Shown here: piece by piece, positions 55,006 to 64,000 of the stretch
Numbering within the stretch: position 1 is the first letter of the stretch
Layout: every line of letters starts with the position of its first letter
Source: a virus
Length of the DNA: 64,000 bases
Direction: 5' to 3' (one strand)
IMG/VR virus record: IMGVR_UViG_3300037484_000731
Span: 1-64,000 of that record
Position numbers and translations under genes: made by a program
Notes under the pieces: model-generated
What the model saw: the letters and a program-made list of their open reading frames with translations, nothing else
Databases searched by the model: none
Told to the model about the DNA's origin: nothing

Positions 55006-55381
55006 TTTTCTTCTCCTCTTGGTGTGGACAATATCCATATGCTCCCAGTGAAAAATTACAATGCAGACATAAAACACGAAATCCATCGGGATAATTATTT
55101 TTAACAATCCAACGATAAAATTTTTCCCCACTACTAATTTTAAGTTCTCTTCTGTGTTTATTCCCTCCTCCATAAATATGATCAATACAAAGAAATTCTA
55201 TATGTTTCTCTCCACAACAGTCACATTGACCGCCATAATGATTAATTATTTCTTGTTTTCTATGGCGTCTATAGTCTTTCTCCCACTCTTTATACTGTTT
55301 GGTTTTACGATGCTGTTTAATATAATTTTTATATTTAAGAGATTGACGATACTCTTTCATATATTTTTTCTTATTAAACAT
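54983..55381 (-). CDS. HNH homing endonuclease, zinc-finger subfamily (paralog 7)
   Basis: GGQCDCCGEKHIEFLCIDHIYGGGNKHR...GFRVLCLHCN...GYCPH. Confidence 0.75.
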   Translation of the reverse strand: MFNKKKYMKEYRQSLKYKNYIKQHRKTKQYKEWEKDYRRHRKQEIINHYGGQCDCCGEKHIEFLCIDHIYGGGNKHRRELKISSGEKFYRWIVKNNYPDGFRVLCLHCNFSLGAYGYCPHQEEKKNGKSRIR

Positions 55382-55383
55382 TC

Positions 55384-55599
55384 TTATTCTCCTAATGTAG
55401 AGTCGAACAGACTATTAAAGTCGTCGTTATTTTTTGTTGCTTTGTTGAATCTTTCCCAGCTATCGGAGTTTCCCAGATCAAGGAATCCACCGTCATTATC
55501 CGGAATCAAAAATTTACCAGCAACTTTGGCCTCCTCCTTATTTTCAGGGATCACCCTGTGCCAGAGGACACCACTAACATTGTCCTGTAAAACTTGCAT
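55384..55599 (-). CDS. hypothetical small protein
   Basis: 71 aa. Confidence 0.35.
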   Translation of the reverse strand: MQVLQDNVSGVLWHRVIPENKEEAKVAGKFLIPDNDGGFLDLGNSDSWERFNKATKNNDDFNSLFDSTLGE

Positions 55600-55616
55600 T
55601 GTTTTCCTCCTTTAAT

Positions 55617-55841
55617 TTATTCGGGAAATCCCATCTCTTCCCATTCATCAAGTGTAACAACTTTTTGATCATCCAAATTAACATCTTCAAATTTAACAGC
55701 TATTGATCTACAAAGATTGATCAATTTCTTCCTGTAACGAGCCTCCGACTCTGACAGGTCTTCAATATCATCAATATTGAAAATACATTCCAACATATCA
55801 TGGAATGTATTTTCAAATCTGCAATAACTCATGTTTGCCAT
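55617..55841 (-). CDS. hypothetical small acidic protein
   Basis: 74 aa. Confidence 0.4.
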   Translation of the reverse strand: MANMSYCRFENTFHDMLECIFNIDDIEDLSESEARYRKKLINLCRSIAVKFEDVNLDDQKVVTLDEWEEMGFPE

Positions 55842-55920
55842 AATATCCTCCTTGAAATTTGCGTAGCCGAGACTTGCGACATCGGCTGTGCATTACAGCC
55901 CCGAAGGGCTGCGCTCTGCA

Positions 55921-56139
55921 TTACGCTGCGATCCTGTGAATCATTTTGCCGTCAACCTTAATCAATCCCTTTTCAATAAGAGTAGTGATAACTGCACCTA
56001 TTTGATAAACGCTCATGACTTTTACTTTGTCGATGACTTCAGAAGTGCTAAAGTGTTTCCCCTTCTTTCCTTTTAAAGAAGTAATCACTGCCCATACCTT
56101 GGACTGGTTGACTGTAAGATTGGTTTTTTGGTTCTTCAT
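55921..56139 (-). CDS. small winged-helix-like DNA-binding protein
   Basis: 72 aa; ...SEVIDKVKVMSVYQIGAVITTLIEKGLI. Confidence 0.35.
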   Translation of the reverse strand: MKNQKTNLTVNQSKVWAVITSLKGKKGKHFSTSEVIDKVKVMSVYQIGAVITTLIEKGLIKVDGKMIHRIAA

Positions 56140-56364
56140 GATATATCTCCTTTTGGTTTTTTGTTTTCTCTATCCTACACTTAAAAAAAACATCTTCGAG
56201 AGCCTCTCGTAAAGTTACTTCAAGCTTGTATATTATAATTTTGTATAAATGTTTCTTGAATACGATCTGTCCCCTTTTGTTTTCCTTGGCCTTTAGAAGC
56301 CTTCAGAATATTTATATAGCTATCCCCCCTCTTAGAACGCAAAAGAAATACCAAGGAAAAAGAA

Positions 56365-56943
56365 TTATATTAAATATTTTATCAGGATACTTTTAATAGC
56401 TTCAACCAATCTATTAAAAGGCATATTTACAAAATATTTTAATTCATTTTGATAATAATACCACTCTCCTTGGAACTTATATTGATCAAAATGCGAATGA
56501 AAAGCTTTTTCTGAAATAGAAAATTCATCTATATGATCCAATAATAATAATATTTCTAATTTAAATGGATTATTACGCCGTATTTCCTTAATACGAGTAT
56601 CAATATTATTAGTTTGACCTATTTTTATATACCGCCCACACTTTACAAAATATATTCCCCATTGCCCCTGATTAAAATTGATACAGCGATAATTTTTACT
56701 ATGTTCTTCTACTGGTTTAATAAATTTATAGTTTTGTCTGTATTGAGAATATAATGATTTTAATATATCTCCTTTATCAGAAGCAGATATGATTTTGTCA
56801 CCCTTTTCCTTAGCATAAGATAATATCTGACTAACTCTTTGTTTACTAATATCACATTTTTCACCAATTTGAGCCATACTATATTTACCAGTATTCCACA
56901 ATTCAACTATTCCTTGTTTATATTTTCCTATATTTGATTTCAT
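56365..56943 (-). CDS. HTH plus T5orf172 (GIY-YIG-superfamily-like) domain protein
   Basis: N-terminal MAQIGEKCDISKQRVSQIL HTH; C-terminal GIYFVKCGRYIKIGQTNNIDTRIKEIRR resembles the T5orf172 core. Confidence 0.55.
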   Translation of the reverse strand: MKSNIGKYKQGIVELWNTGKYSMAQIGEKCDISKQRVSQILSYAKEKGDKIISASDKGDILKSLYSQYRQNYKFIKPVEEHSKNYRCINFNQGQWGIYFVKCGRYIKIGQTNNIDTRIKEIRRNNPFKLEILLLLDHIDEFSISEKAFHSHFDQYKFQGEWYYYQNELKYFVNMPFNRLVEAIKSILIKYLI

Positions 56944-56954
56944 ATTATTTTCCT

Positions 56955-56983
56955 ATATAAAAAAGCCCCCAATAAAGGAGGCT
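56955..56983 (-). terminator. hairpin (AGCCCCC/GGAGGCT, one mismatch) with flanking T-runs on both strands
   Basis: Between an HNH gene and the T5orf172 gene. Confidence 0.35.
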
Positions 56984-57005
56984 TTTAAATTTTAAAATTA
57001 AGAGA

Positions 57006-57761
57006 TTATTCCTCAGTTTCTTTGGATGCCTCGATAGCCTCATCATGAGTATACCCCTTTTTGGCACGGGCTTTTTTCTTGGCAGTCTCTTTTGGAGCTT
57101 CTTCCTTTACCTGTATGTCGCCGAAACTAACAGCGATTGAGACATCCTTGGTCATGTTCAGCTCTCCTTTTGGAGTCTTCCCAGTTGCTTCTACTGCGAG
57201 CATGATGTTGTAATAGTCACCTTGTGCGACATGATTGATGCCCATGTACTCAACCTTTACTTTGACGTTTTTCTCGTGCTTACTTAATTCAGCCATTACA
57301 GAACGTCCCATAGATTTTTTCTCTTTGATATTCATAAGAGTTGCTCCTTTTATTTTATTATTTTTGTCCTGCTTATGAGGACAATACCCCAAAAATCCAT
57401 ATGCTGCATTGCAATTCCAACACAAAACACGGAATCCCTTGGGATAATTATTTTTCTTTAACCAAACATAAAAAGAATTACCACCTATTTGTATTTCTCT
57501 TCTATGTTTTAATCCTCCACCATGAATATGATCAATACAAAGAAAAATTAACTCATTCTCTCCACAACACTCACATTCACCACCATAATGAGAAATAACT
57601 TCTTGTTTTAATTTACTTCGCCAAGTTTTACAATATAACCTTTGATAAATTTTATAAGACTCTTTTTTCTTATATTTTTTATTTAACGATCGTCGATAAC
57701 CACGATTTTTCTCTTTGTTTTGTTTATAATAATCCTTATTATATTTATTCTGATCAAACAT
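57006..57761 (-). CDS. HNH homing endonuclease, zinc-finger subfamily (paralog 8) with 120-aa C-terminal extension
   Basis: GGECECCGENELIFLCIDHIHGGGLKHR...GFRVLCWNCN...GYCPH, then an extra Lys-rich domain. Confidence 0.7.
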   Translation of the reverse strand: MFDQNKYNKDYYKQNKEKNRGYRRSLNKKYKKKESYKIYQRLYCKTWRSKLKQEVISHYGGECECCGENELIFLCIDHIHGGGLKHRREIQIGGNSFYVWLKKNNYPKGFRVLCWNCNAAYGFLGYCPHKQDKNNKIKGATLMNIKEKKSMGRSVMAELSKHEKNVKVKVEYMGINHVAQGDYYNIMLAVEATGKTPKGELNMTKDVSIAVSFGDIQVKEEAPKETAKKKARAKKGYTHDEAIEASKETEE

Positions 57762-57806
57762 ATTCTTTTATCGGACACCATCCTCTTCCTTTGTTCCTAT
57801 CCGGAC

Positions 57807-57837
57807 AAAAAAAAGCCTCCCTTGTTTAAGGGGAGGC
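57807..57837 (-). terminator. strong rho-independent terminator (GCCTCCC-9nt-GGGAGGC then T8 on minus strand)
   Basis: Perfect 7-bp GC stem immediately followed by eight T on the coding strand; about 45 nt past the stop of the 57881..58186 gene. Confidence 0.6.
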
Positions 57838-57880
57838 AAAATAAGGAGCATATGTGTCAAATGTAACGTATGAACGATAC

Positions 57881-58186
57881 CTATCCCCGCCTGTCGCTGC
57901 CATCCCACGGCGGGAAGCTGTGACGAATATTACAGATTCGCTCCTGTCCGTCAATCTTCCCTTTTATCTCGCCAAGGGTTTGATTCATCTTATCCATCAC
58001 ATCAAAAATCTTGCCTATGTCCTCGCTGCTACCTTCTACTGCCTCTTTTCTATCTACCCGCTCTTCTTCAATTGACTTTCTGAGAGTTTTTACATCAGTA
58101 CGATACAGAAAGACAATGACACCCACAAAAGCAGTAATGATAGGATAAAGGATGTATTGTACAACAAACTTAACTTCTTCTGACAT
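57881..58186 (-). CDS. small single-pass membrane protein (holin-like?) ending the upstream operon
   Basis: N-terminal TM YILYPIITAFVGVIVFLY, then a charged coiled C-terminus. Confidence 0.4.
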   Translation of the reverse strand: MSEEVKFVVQYILYPIITAFVGVIVFLYRTDVKTLRKSIEEERVDRKEAVEGSSEDIGKIFDVMDKMNQTLGEIKGKIDGQERICNIRHSFPPWDGSDRRG

Positions 58187-58208
58187 AACATTGATGTCTC
58201 CTTCCTTT

Positions 58209-61200
58209 TTAAGGTGTGAAGCCCTTAGCCAGAGCTTTTTGTAGTGTTTTGTCGCTCGTTCTCAAAGTACCAAACTTAAAGTGACCGGCGACAGCATTCT
58301 CAACATCCTCAGAATCGACTTTGACCATATCATTCCAAGAGTTATAGTAAAGGTAGATAGTATCATACTGCTTTACCACGAGATCACTGTACACAATTTT
58401 AATACCAATCATCTTGGCAATAAGTTCACATACGTCCTCTTCGGAAATTCCTGGCCATATCAATACTGGAGGTCTTGTCACACCCCCATGAGCATAGAAA
58501 GCCTGACAAGTGATGAGACCAGTATTCTTTTCATATCCGAACTCTTCAAGTAGACCTATGCTACCATATGCCCACTCATAATGTTGCAATGATGAAGGCT
58601 TATTCACAAGCCCAGTATCATTAAGAGTTCCATTTGTTATGGCTTCCAAATAACTCATTGGTTTATTATAATCTACAGCTCCCTCTGCAAGGAAGGTACT
58701 GCCTATATCTGCACCTATTATATCCTCAACTCCGGCAATTCTACCACCTAAAATTTCTCTATTACTAATATTAGTTTTAGTCGATCCGTCTGATTGTTGA
58801 GTTTCCTGATCTTCTACAGCAGAATATACAATTATTCCTCCACCCGCACCAGATTGGTTTATTCCTCTCGGTAAATTAACTTTTAATGTTCGAAGTGTGT
58901 TGTCTTTAGAAATAATTCGGCCATTAAATATTACATTTCTATCATCGTCCGTCTTAATTGTTATAAGTTTGTATGTGTTTGGCTGTTCATGAATTTCAAT
59001 ATCACTTCCAACTAAATAACCAAGATTAACATTCTTTTCTGTGATACGAAATGCTCCAGCTCCGTACTGAGAACATGTTAATATCTGTTTGATTATAATT
59101 GTATTATTATAGCTAAAATAAATATAATATCCATTATATGGAGTCATGTCGATATTAGCTACAAGCACATAATAGAATGTAAATATGCTACCACCGAAAA
59201 ATTTAAATCCAATAGCCCCAGTAATTGTACCGGCAGCAAGTGGAACACCTACTGAAATACTGGTTATATCAAAATTAACTGCTATGTCCACTGTATTATC
59301 AATATTCTTAGTAATACCGAGTATTTGACCTTCGAGAGGAGCTGGAGCAAGTCTCACATAGGGGACTGCACCACCCTCAGGATTAAAAGTCTTGGATAAT
59401 GGCATTACTTTTTGAAGTTGTTCATTCCACGTATCAAATACTATAAATTTACCCCAGTCTACCGTACCGCTTCCAAACTCCGGATGTTCTGAGAAGAAAT
59501 ACGTTCCATATGCACCGCCAAGAGCATCAGCAATCCATCCAGCATCAGTAATATAAAGGTCTGTTCTCCATTCAACTAAACAGAGATCGACTGCTGATAT
59601 ATAATTACCCGAATATCCTTTAAATTGTGGATCAGTTGAATTAAACGACGATTTATAATCATCTACCTGACTCTCTAATAGAAAGAGCTGCTTACTTAAA
59701 ATATATGCTTCTGCAGCGACAGTCGACTTAAGCAATAATCCCGCCCTATATTTACCAACATCTGAAAGGAGAGTTGGCGCATCAAGGAAAGAACACTGCA
59801 CATAAGAACCATTCCGACCATAATAGGCAAAATATGCTGGAGTAGGCCATGGAGTCTCAGGATGCGGAGTTGCATTGAAATAATCATAACTATGGAAAAT
59901 GCAAATCGGCTCTCTTCTAAAAGGTATCCGATAGAGTGGTAACTCATCATATTTATAAAATTCATCTTCAGTTAAGTAGAGCAAATTCATCCATCTAAGA
60001 TAGAGAGCAGACATCTCACTAATAATCTTAGTACCAAAAAATGTTCTTCCTTTTTGTGTCTTTGGTATGTAACTGATCCATGATCCACCGTTTTCCCAGA
60101 TATTATATCGTGGATGAGTAAGCGGATCGGACTCCGTAAATTCATAATGCTGAGTAGCTGCAATCTTGCGCCCTACCCTGAAATCAGTCAGCATCGTACT
60201 ATTATACTTTGAATATATGTCGTTTTCAGATTTGGTATAGATACTACAATTAGCATCGTACAGGTCTTCAACTGAAATACCACCATAAGTGAAACACCCC
60301 GCAACATCCGTAAGGTCAGTGTAATAGAGAGTACTACCGCCTAATAGAGCACTTCCTTTATTAAGTAATTCATTTTGTATAGGCTCAACTCCCCCAAACC
60401 AAACAAATGCCGGTAATCCAGCCCTTCTATCGATGAGCATCGTATCTCTGTTATATGTAATACCCCTCTTTTTGAAATTTTTGATCAGGAGATAATCGTT
60501 ACCTTTCATCCAACTTGACCATTGAGTACAACCCGAAGGAGACCCCGCACCATATTCAATGAATGTATCATTTATTATAATGACATCAAAATAATCTGCT
60601 ATATCCTGCCATGTTGCAAGACCAGTAATACCATCACCCAAGATACCTTCAATCGAACCATACGCCCCAAGATTAGAACCAATTTCAACCACGCCATCCC
60701 AGTCACCGGTAACCCAGACCTCATCATAATAAATCCCTTCCATCTTTTTGATCTGATTTTCGAATAACCACTGGTCATATTCTCTGCTTGCCGGAGGAAT
60801 AACATTAAGACTGCCGTCCCTGATCGTACGAGTAAAGCCATATATAAGGACTTTTGGTTTGGTTACTAATTTACTTGTATATGTCGCTTTTTTACCATTT
60901 ACTCCGTAATCGGAATCACCCTGCGATGCATTAATGAGTATGGCATTTTCAGGATCAACACTTCCCCAATGAATAGCTTTAATTTCTCTATCACCGCCGA
61001 TCGCATACAAAGAGTTTAGTGAAATTGTAGCTTGTACAATCGTCTGGTCTTCAAGGAAAGTACCAAACGGCTGTACTCTATAATCCCACTTATGTCTTAT
61101 TATTTCGGGCAATATGTAATAATCTACTCCCTCTGTCATCTCGGTAACAGCATCAACCTGATTAATTGCACCAGTCATGAGCTTAAATCCGGAGTTTTTA

Positions 61201-64000
61201 CGATAAAGAACTCCAAACTCAACCTGTTCCCCTGCCACAATCATTCTCGGCCATCCACCGTCTAATCCATACTCAAAATACGAAACAGTAAGAGCAACTG
61301 CAGTCTGATCTGTTAAGAAATGAACGTAAGTTTTCCATTTACCCTTACCACTTGTAGTAATATCCCACTCCTTGTGCTCTATAAGATAGTCTGTACCGGC
61401 TACAAGCACCGTATCTTCTACTATATCAGTATGACCAATCTCATAATTAACATTACCTTCGGGCGCATAAGGAAAATCAAACCAAAGCTGATTAGCATCA
61501 TTATCTATAATTAGAATTGGGTCTCCACCTTCTATTCTGACATATTTTCCCGCCCATTCACTCGGTGTCCATGTTTTCGAGTAGTCTTCTAACCAATCCT
61601 CACCTGCATATCCGTCAACATCTGTTCCACTATCTTCTACGACCCACTCAGTTCCCCCACCACTTTCAAGCTTTACTACACTATGAATAGTGAGACTTGT
61701 TAATAGTACTGCAACATCAACTCCCACGCCGATTATGGCTTCAGTTAAAGCAGTATATCCTATCGCTGCAGTATCAATTCCATTACCGGAATGAAATAAA
61801 TCCCATAAATTCCCAACTGGAATAATTGGATTACCATCCAACGTCAACTTTTTGAGTCCTGTATATCCAGATTGAATCCAAACCGAATTGACTCCAATCT
61901 TAGTAACACCTGTCGGTGTGAATACAATCCAAGACATATTACAATCCACATACGTGAACGGCTTATAGGCATTAAGAAAATTATAGGCATCCTCTCCAAC
62001 ATCACTATTCGCATAAAAGAACAAAGCCGATCTTGGGGCTAATATTAAGGTATAAGAAGTGTTAGCAACAAAACTTTCCCCAGTAAAAAAATTAATTACA
62101 GCCTCATCGAATGTATAACTCAAGCTGCGTACTTGTCGTGATGGGTTGTAAAAAACATAACAACCCTCAAATTTTCTCGACATGATACCATATCTATCAT
62201 ACGTGTCCTGTACATAATAGTCTTCGTATCCGGTTCTCGGAATACCAATAGTTTTTAAATTATCCTTATTTCCAGCCATAATCATATCGTAAAAGAGCTG
62301 ATCAAGTACAATATTACCAACTGCTGTAATATCTTCAATCTTATCACTATATCTCGTCAGCATAAGACTACCTGCAATATGAGATAACATCATTTGCCCG
62401 TGACAAGGATAACCAAGAATAGCAAGTCTTGCATAACCGACTCCAGCACTAATCTTCATTAAATCCCAACGCAACTTAGCTTCATACCAATCAAGGACAA
62501 TATATTGCTTAGTTACTTCATTCGCCATATTCCAAGTTGATTGTAAAGCTTCAAACATTATAAAATGCCTAAATCTCTTATTAATTGCAGCAACATAGTA
62601 CGGGTAAGCATCCCAATTCTCCGGCCATGTATTAATCATACAGAGACCTTTCTCTGCTTTAATCCAATTATCATAAAGTCCAAAAGAATTATTTTCTACA
62701 TGAGCTACTATAGCCTCAAGAAATGCAGCAACTGTCTGCCAGTAATAGATACCATGATCATAGTAATATTGCTCATTTATTATATATGGGAGTCCGCTGC
62801 CGGTCTGAATATTGCCCACAAAATTCAACGTATGAGCATCATTACTGGTAATTTGTACCATTGCCCCGCTATTAACACTAACATAATATCCTGCCCATTC
62901 GTCCACTATCCATGATTTACTATTATCTACAAGTTGAATAGCCGAAGCACTATTGGAAGTCGTATTGCTGTCATGATTCGACATGATCCGTCCTTCCCTG
63001 TAAATGGAAGTCCAGATATCATCCATAAAAAGACCATGAAATCCGATATAGGGTTCGTTATTAATAACATACTTCTGATAATCAACAGCATCATCGCCAT
63101 AATTAAAAGTCAAAGCAGTAACTGTATTTGCAGTAATTTTATACCAATCAATATCAAGAGTAGCTGCCTCTTTAACTATTCCTATGTAGTAATCCACCCA
63201 CTGGCCAGCAACAAAACTCTTGGTACTATCAATAAGAGTGGCAACTTTTGTATCATCATTTACAGTTAATGCACCTGCACCATAAGCAAAAAGTCCCATG
63301 GCCTGATTAACTTTAAATACTTTATACCATTCAAGACAATCGGGATTACCAAGATCAAGCATATATCCAGTCTGAAACCAATAAGTACAATATTCATCAA
63401 GTAGCGAATCTTTAATAAACCAATCAGCAGAGTTTGGAATATCTGCACCGGCTTCTACCACCGTCACACCAAGAGATGGAAAATTAAAAGTCACTTTTTT
63501 TGATAAAGGATTCTTGAGTTTCATTCCATCAATGGTATCTGATACAAACTCCGGCAAATAATCTGATGTACCAGCACCATCAATATAGCCAAGTCTTCTA
63601 AAAGTCTCGCCCCACTTCTGAATAGCTGCACTGTCGGAAAAAATCTGAGTAATTTCTTGTACTGATGTCCTCTGTGATTTATCTAAGATGACCAAGCTAC
63701 CCTTTAATAAGTAGCCTATATCAGCATTTGCGATGTTTTTATATGTCAATGCATAATAATACTCTTCCAGACGCCCCCAATCCTTATATTTTTCTACAAG
63801 ATAGCCACTTGTACCATCAATATATCCACTTTGCTGTAATAGCTTATCAAGAAAGAGCGGTTCGGATCGCTCTCCTTCCACCCCGTAAAAATTAACTGCA
63901 GCAACCCAAAAGTTATAGCCGAGCCATCTCTCAAGATGAGCTGATATTAAAACACCGGCATAATTGGGACTTGCTGATGCATAAGACGGAGCATCAATTC
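58209..64000 (-). CDS. giant virion-type protein (tail fibre/receptor-binding or depolymerase-like), more than 1,930 aa, N-terminus outside window
   Basis: The track starts it at a GTG (63881), but the frame is still open at the window edge. W/Y/G/N/T/D-rich composition typical of beta-structured fibre or carbohydrate-binding proteins. Confidence 0.55.
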   Translation of the reverse strand, partial: IDAPSYASASPNYAGVLISAHLERWLGYNFWVAAVNFYGVEGERSEPLFLDKLLQQSGYIDGTSGYLVEKYKDWGRLEEYYYALTYKNIANADIGYLLKGSLVILDKSQRTSVQEITQIFSDSAAIQKWGETFRRLGYIDGAGTSDYLPEFVSDTIDGMKLKNPLSKKVTFNFPSLGVTVVEAGADIPNSADWFIKDSLLDEYCTYWFQTGYMLDLGNPDCLEWYKVFKVNQAMGLFAYGAGALTVNDDTKVATLIDSTKSFVAGQWVDYYIGIVKEAATLDIDWYKITANTVTALTFNYGDDAVDYQKYVINNEPYIGFHGLFMDDIWTSIYREGRIMSNHDSNTTSNSASAIQLVDNSKSWIVDEWAGYYVSVNSGAMVQITSNDAHTLNFVGNIQTGSGLPYIINEQYYYDHGIYYWQTVAAFLEAIVAHVENNSFGLYDNWIKAEKGLCMINTWPENWDAYPYYVAAINKRFRHFIMFEALQSTWNMANEVTKQYIVLDWYEAKLRWDLMKISAGVGYARLAILGYPCHGQMMLSHIAGSLMLTRYSDKIEDITAVGNIVLDQLFYDMIMAGNKDNLKTIGIPRTGYEDYYVQDTYDRYGIMSRKFEGCYVFYNPSRQVRSLSYTFDEAVINFFTGESFVANTSYTLILAPRSALFFYANSDVGEDAYNFLNAYKPFTYVDCNMSWIVFTPTGVTKIGVNSVWIQSGYTGLKKLTLDGNPIIPVGNLWDLFHSGNGIDTAAIGYTALTEAIIGVGVDVAVLLTSLTIHSVVKLESGGGTEWVVEDSGTDVDGYAGEDWLEDYSKTWTPSEWAGKYVRIEGGDPILIIDNDANQLWFDFPYAPEGNVNYEIGHTDIVEDTVLVAGTDYLIEHKEWDITTSGKGKWKTYVHFLTDQTAVALTVSYFEYGLDGGWPRMIVAGEQVEFGVLYRKNSGFKLMTGAINQVDAVTEMTEGVDYYILPEIIRHKWDYRVQPFGTFLEDQTIVQATISLNSLYAIGGDREIKAIHWGSVDPENAILINASQGDSDYGVNGKKATYTSKLVTKPKVLIYGFTRTIRDGSLNVIPPASREYDQWLFENQIKKMEGIYYDEVWVTGDWDGVVEIGSNLGAYGSIEGILGDGITGLATWQDIADYFDVIIINDTFIEYGAGSPSGCTQWSSWMKGNDYLLIKNFKKRGITYNRDTMLIDRRAGLPAFVWFGGVEPIQNELLNKGSALLGGSTLYYTDLTDVAGCFTYGGISVEDLYDANCSIYTKSENDIYSKYNSTMLTDFRVGRKIAATQHYEFTESDPLTHPRYNIWENGGSWISYIPKTQKGRTFFGTKIISEMSALYLRWMNLLYLTEDEFYKYDELPLYRIPFRREPICIFHSYDYFNATPHPETPWPTPAYFAYYGRNGSYVQCSFLDAPTLLSDVGKYRAGLLLKSTVAAEAYILSKQLFLLESQVDDYKSSFNSTDPQFKGYSGNYISAVDLCLVEWRTDLYITDAGWIADALGGAYGTYFFSEHPEFGSGTVDWGKFIVFDTWNEQLQKVMPLSKTFNPEGGAVPYVRLAPAPLEGQILGITKNIDNTVDIAVNFDITSISVGVPLAAGTITGAIGFKFFGGSIFTFYYVLVANIDMTPYNGYYIYFSYNNTIIIKQILTCSQYGAGAFRITEKNVNLGYLVGSDIEIHEQPNTYKLITIKTDDDRNVIFNGRIISKDNTLRTLKVNLPRGINQSGAGGGIIVYSAVEDQETQQSDGSTKTNISNREILGGRIAGVEDIIGADIGSTFLAEGAVDYNKPMSYLEAITNGTLNDTGLVNKPSSLQHYEWAYGSIGLLEEFGYEKNTGLITCQAFYAHGGVTRPPVLIWPGISEEDVCELIAKMIGIKIVYSDLVVKQYDTIYLYYNSWNDMVKVDSEDVENAVAGHFKFGTLRTSDKTLQKALAKGFTP

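Noticed and set aside
56201-56215. 13-bp palindrome CGAGAGCCTCTCG in the 56140..56364 gap
   Set aside because: Too short and isolated to call an operator; noted only
1-64000. CRISPR array, rRNA, prophage att sites or integrase of tyrosine type
   Set aside because: No spaced short repeats of CRISPR type. No rRNA-like conserved stretches. No tyrosine integrase motif (R...HxxR...Y) found. The only recombinase is the small serine recombinase at 40542..41159

Overview
The whole 64-kb window lies inside one tailed dsDNA bacteriophage genome; host-chromosome hallmarks are absent. It is AT-rich, and every credible gene is on the minus strand. Genes are tightly packed, with frequent ATGA stop/start overlaps and GGAGG/AAGGAG ribosome-binding sites. 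All plus-strand ORFs in the track look like antisense artefacts.

In the direction of transcription (high to low coordinate) the layout is as follows.
(1) 64.0-57.8 kb: the 3' part of a giant virion-type protein rich in W/Y/G/N (more than 1,930 aa, frame open to the window edge) and a small transmembrane protein, closed by a strong intrinsic terminator at about 57.8 kb.
(2) 57.8-24.8 kb: an early and replication region. It carries eight paralogous zinc-finger HNH endonucleases, two endonuclease-VII-type HNH genes and one T5orf172/GIY-YIG-like gene. It also carries HTH and sigma-like regulators and a short PurA-family enzyme with a non-canonical P-loop (a PurZ-like candidate). The replication genes are a gp32-like SSB candidate, RecA, a DnaG-DnaB primase-helicase fusion, dUTPase, a DnaE-type polymerase and a separate DnaQ-like exonuclease. 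Further genes encode a Cas4-like nuclease, an IS607-TnpA-like serine recombinase, an MT-A70 adenine methyltransferase, a RuvC-like resolvase, an SPFH/band-7 protein with putative NfeD-like and lipoprotein partners, and about 30 small, often Cys-rich, ORFs.
(3) 24.8-9.8 kb: the packaging and head module, comprising TerS, TerL, a portal-MuF fusion, a scaffold-like 745-aa protein, a decoration-like protein and a 316-aa major capsid candidate. An accessory island interrupts it (beta-helix pectate-lyase-like protein, an unknown 426-aa protein, a pyruvoyl-dependent arginine decarboxylase homolog, an endoVII-type HNH).
(4) 9.8-0.6 kb: a glycan island of about 9 kb. It holds two NeuB-family nonulosonic-acid synthases, a NeuA-type cytidylyltransferase, a HAD phosphatase, two DUF115/Maf-like putative transferases, a GT8 glycosyltransferase, three SAM methyltransferases and an M23 peptidase.
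(5) 1-592: the start of a further gene running off the window.

No rRNA, tRNA or CRISPR array was recognised by eye. Most functional calls rest on short diagnostic motifs read directly from the translations and should be confirmed with profile searches.
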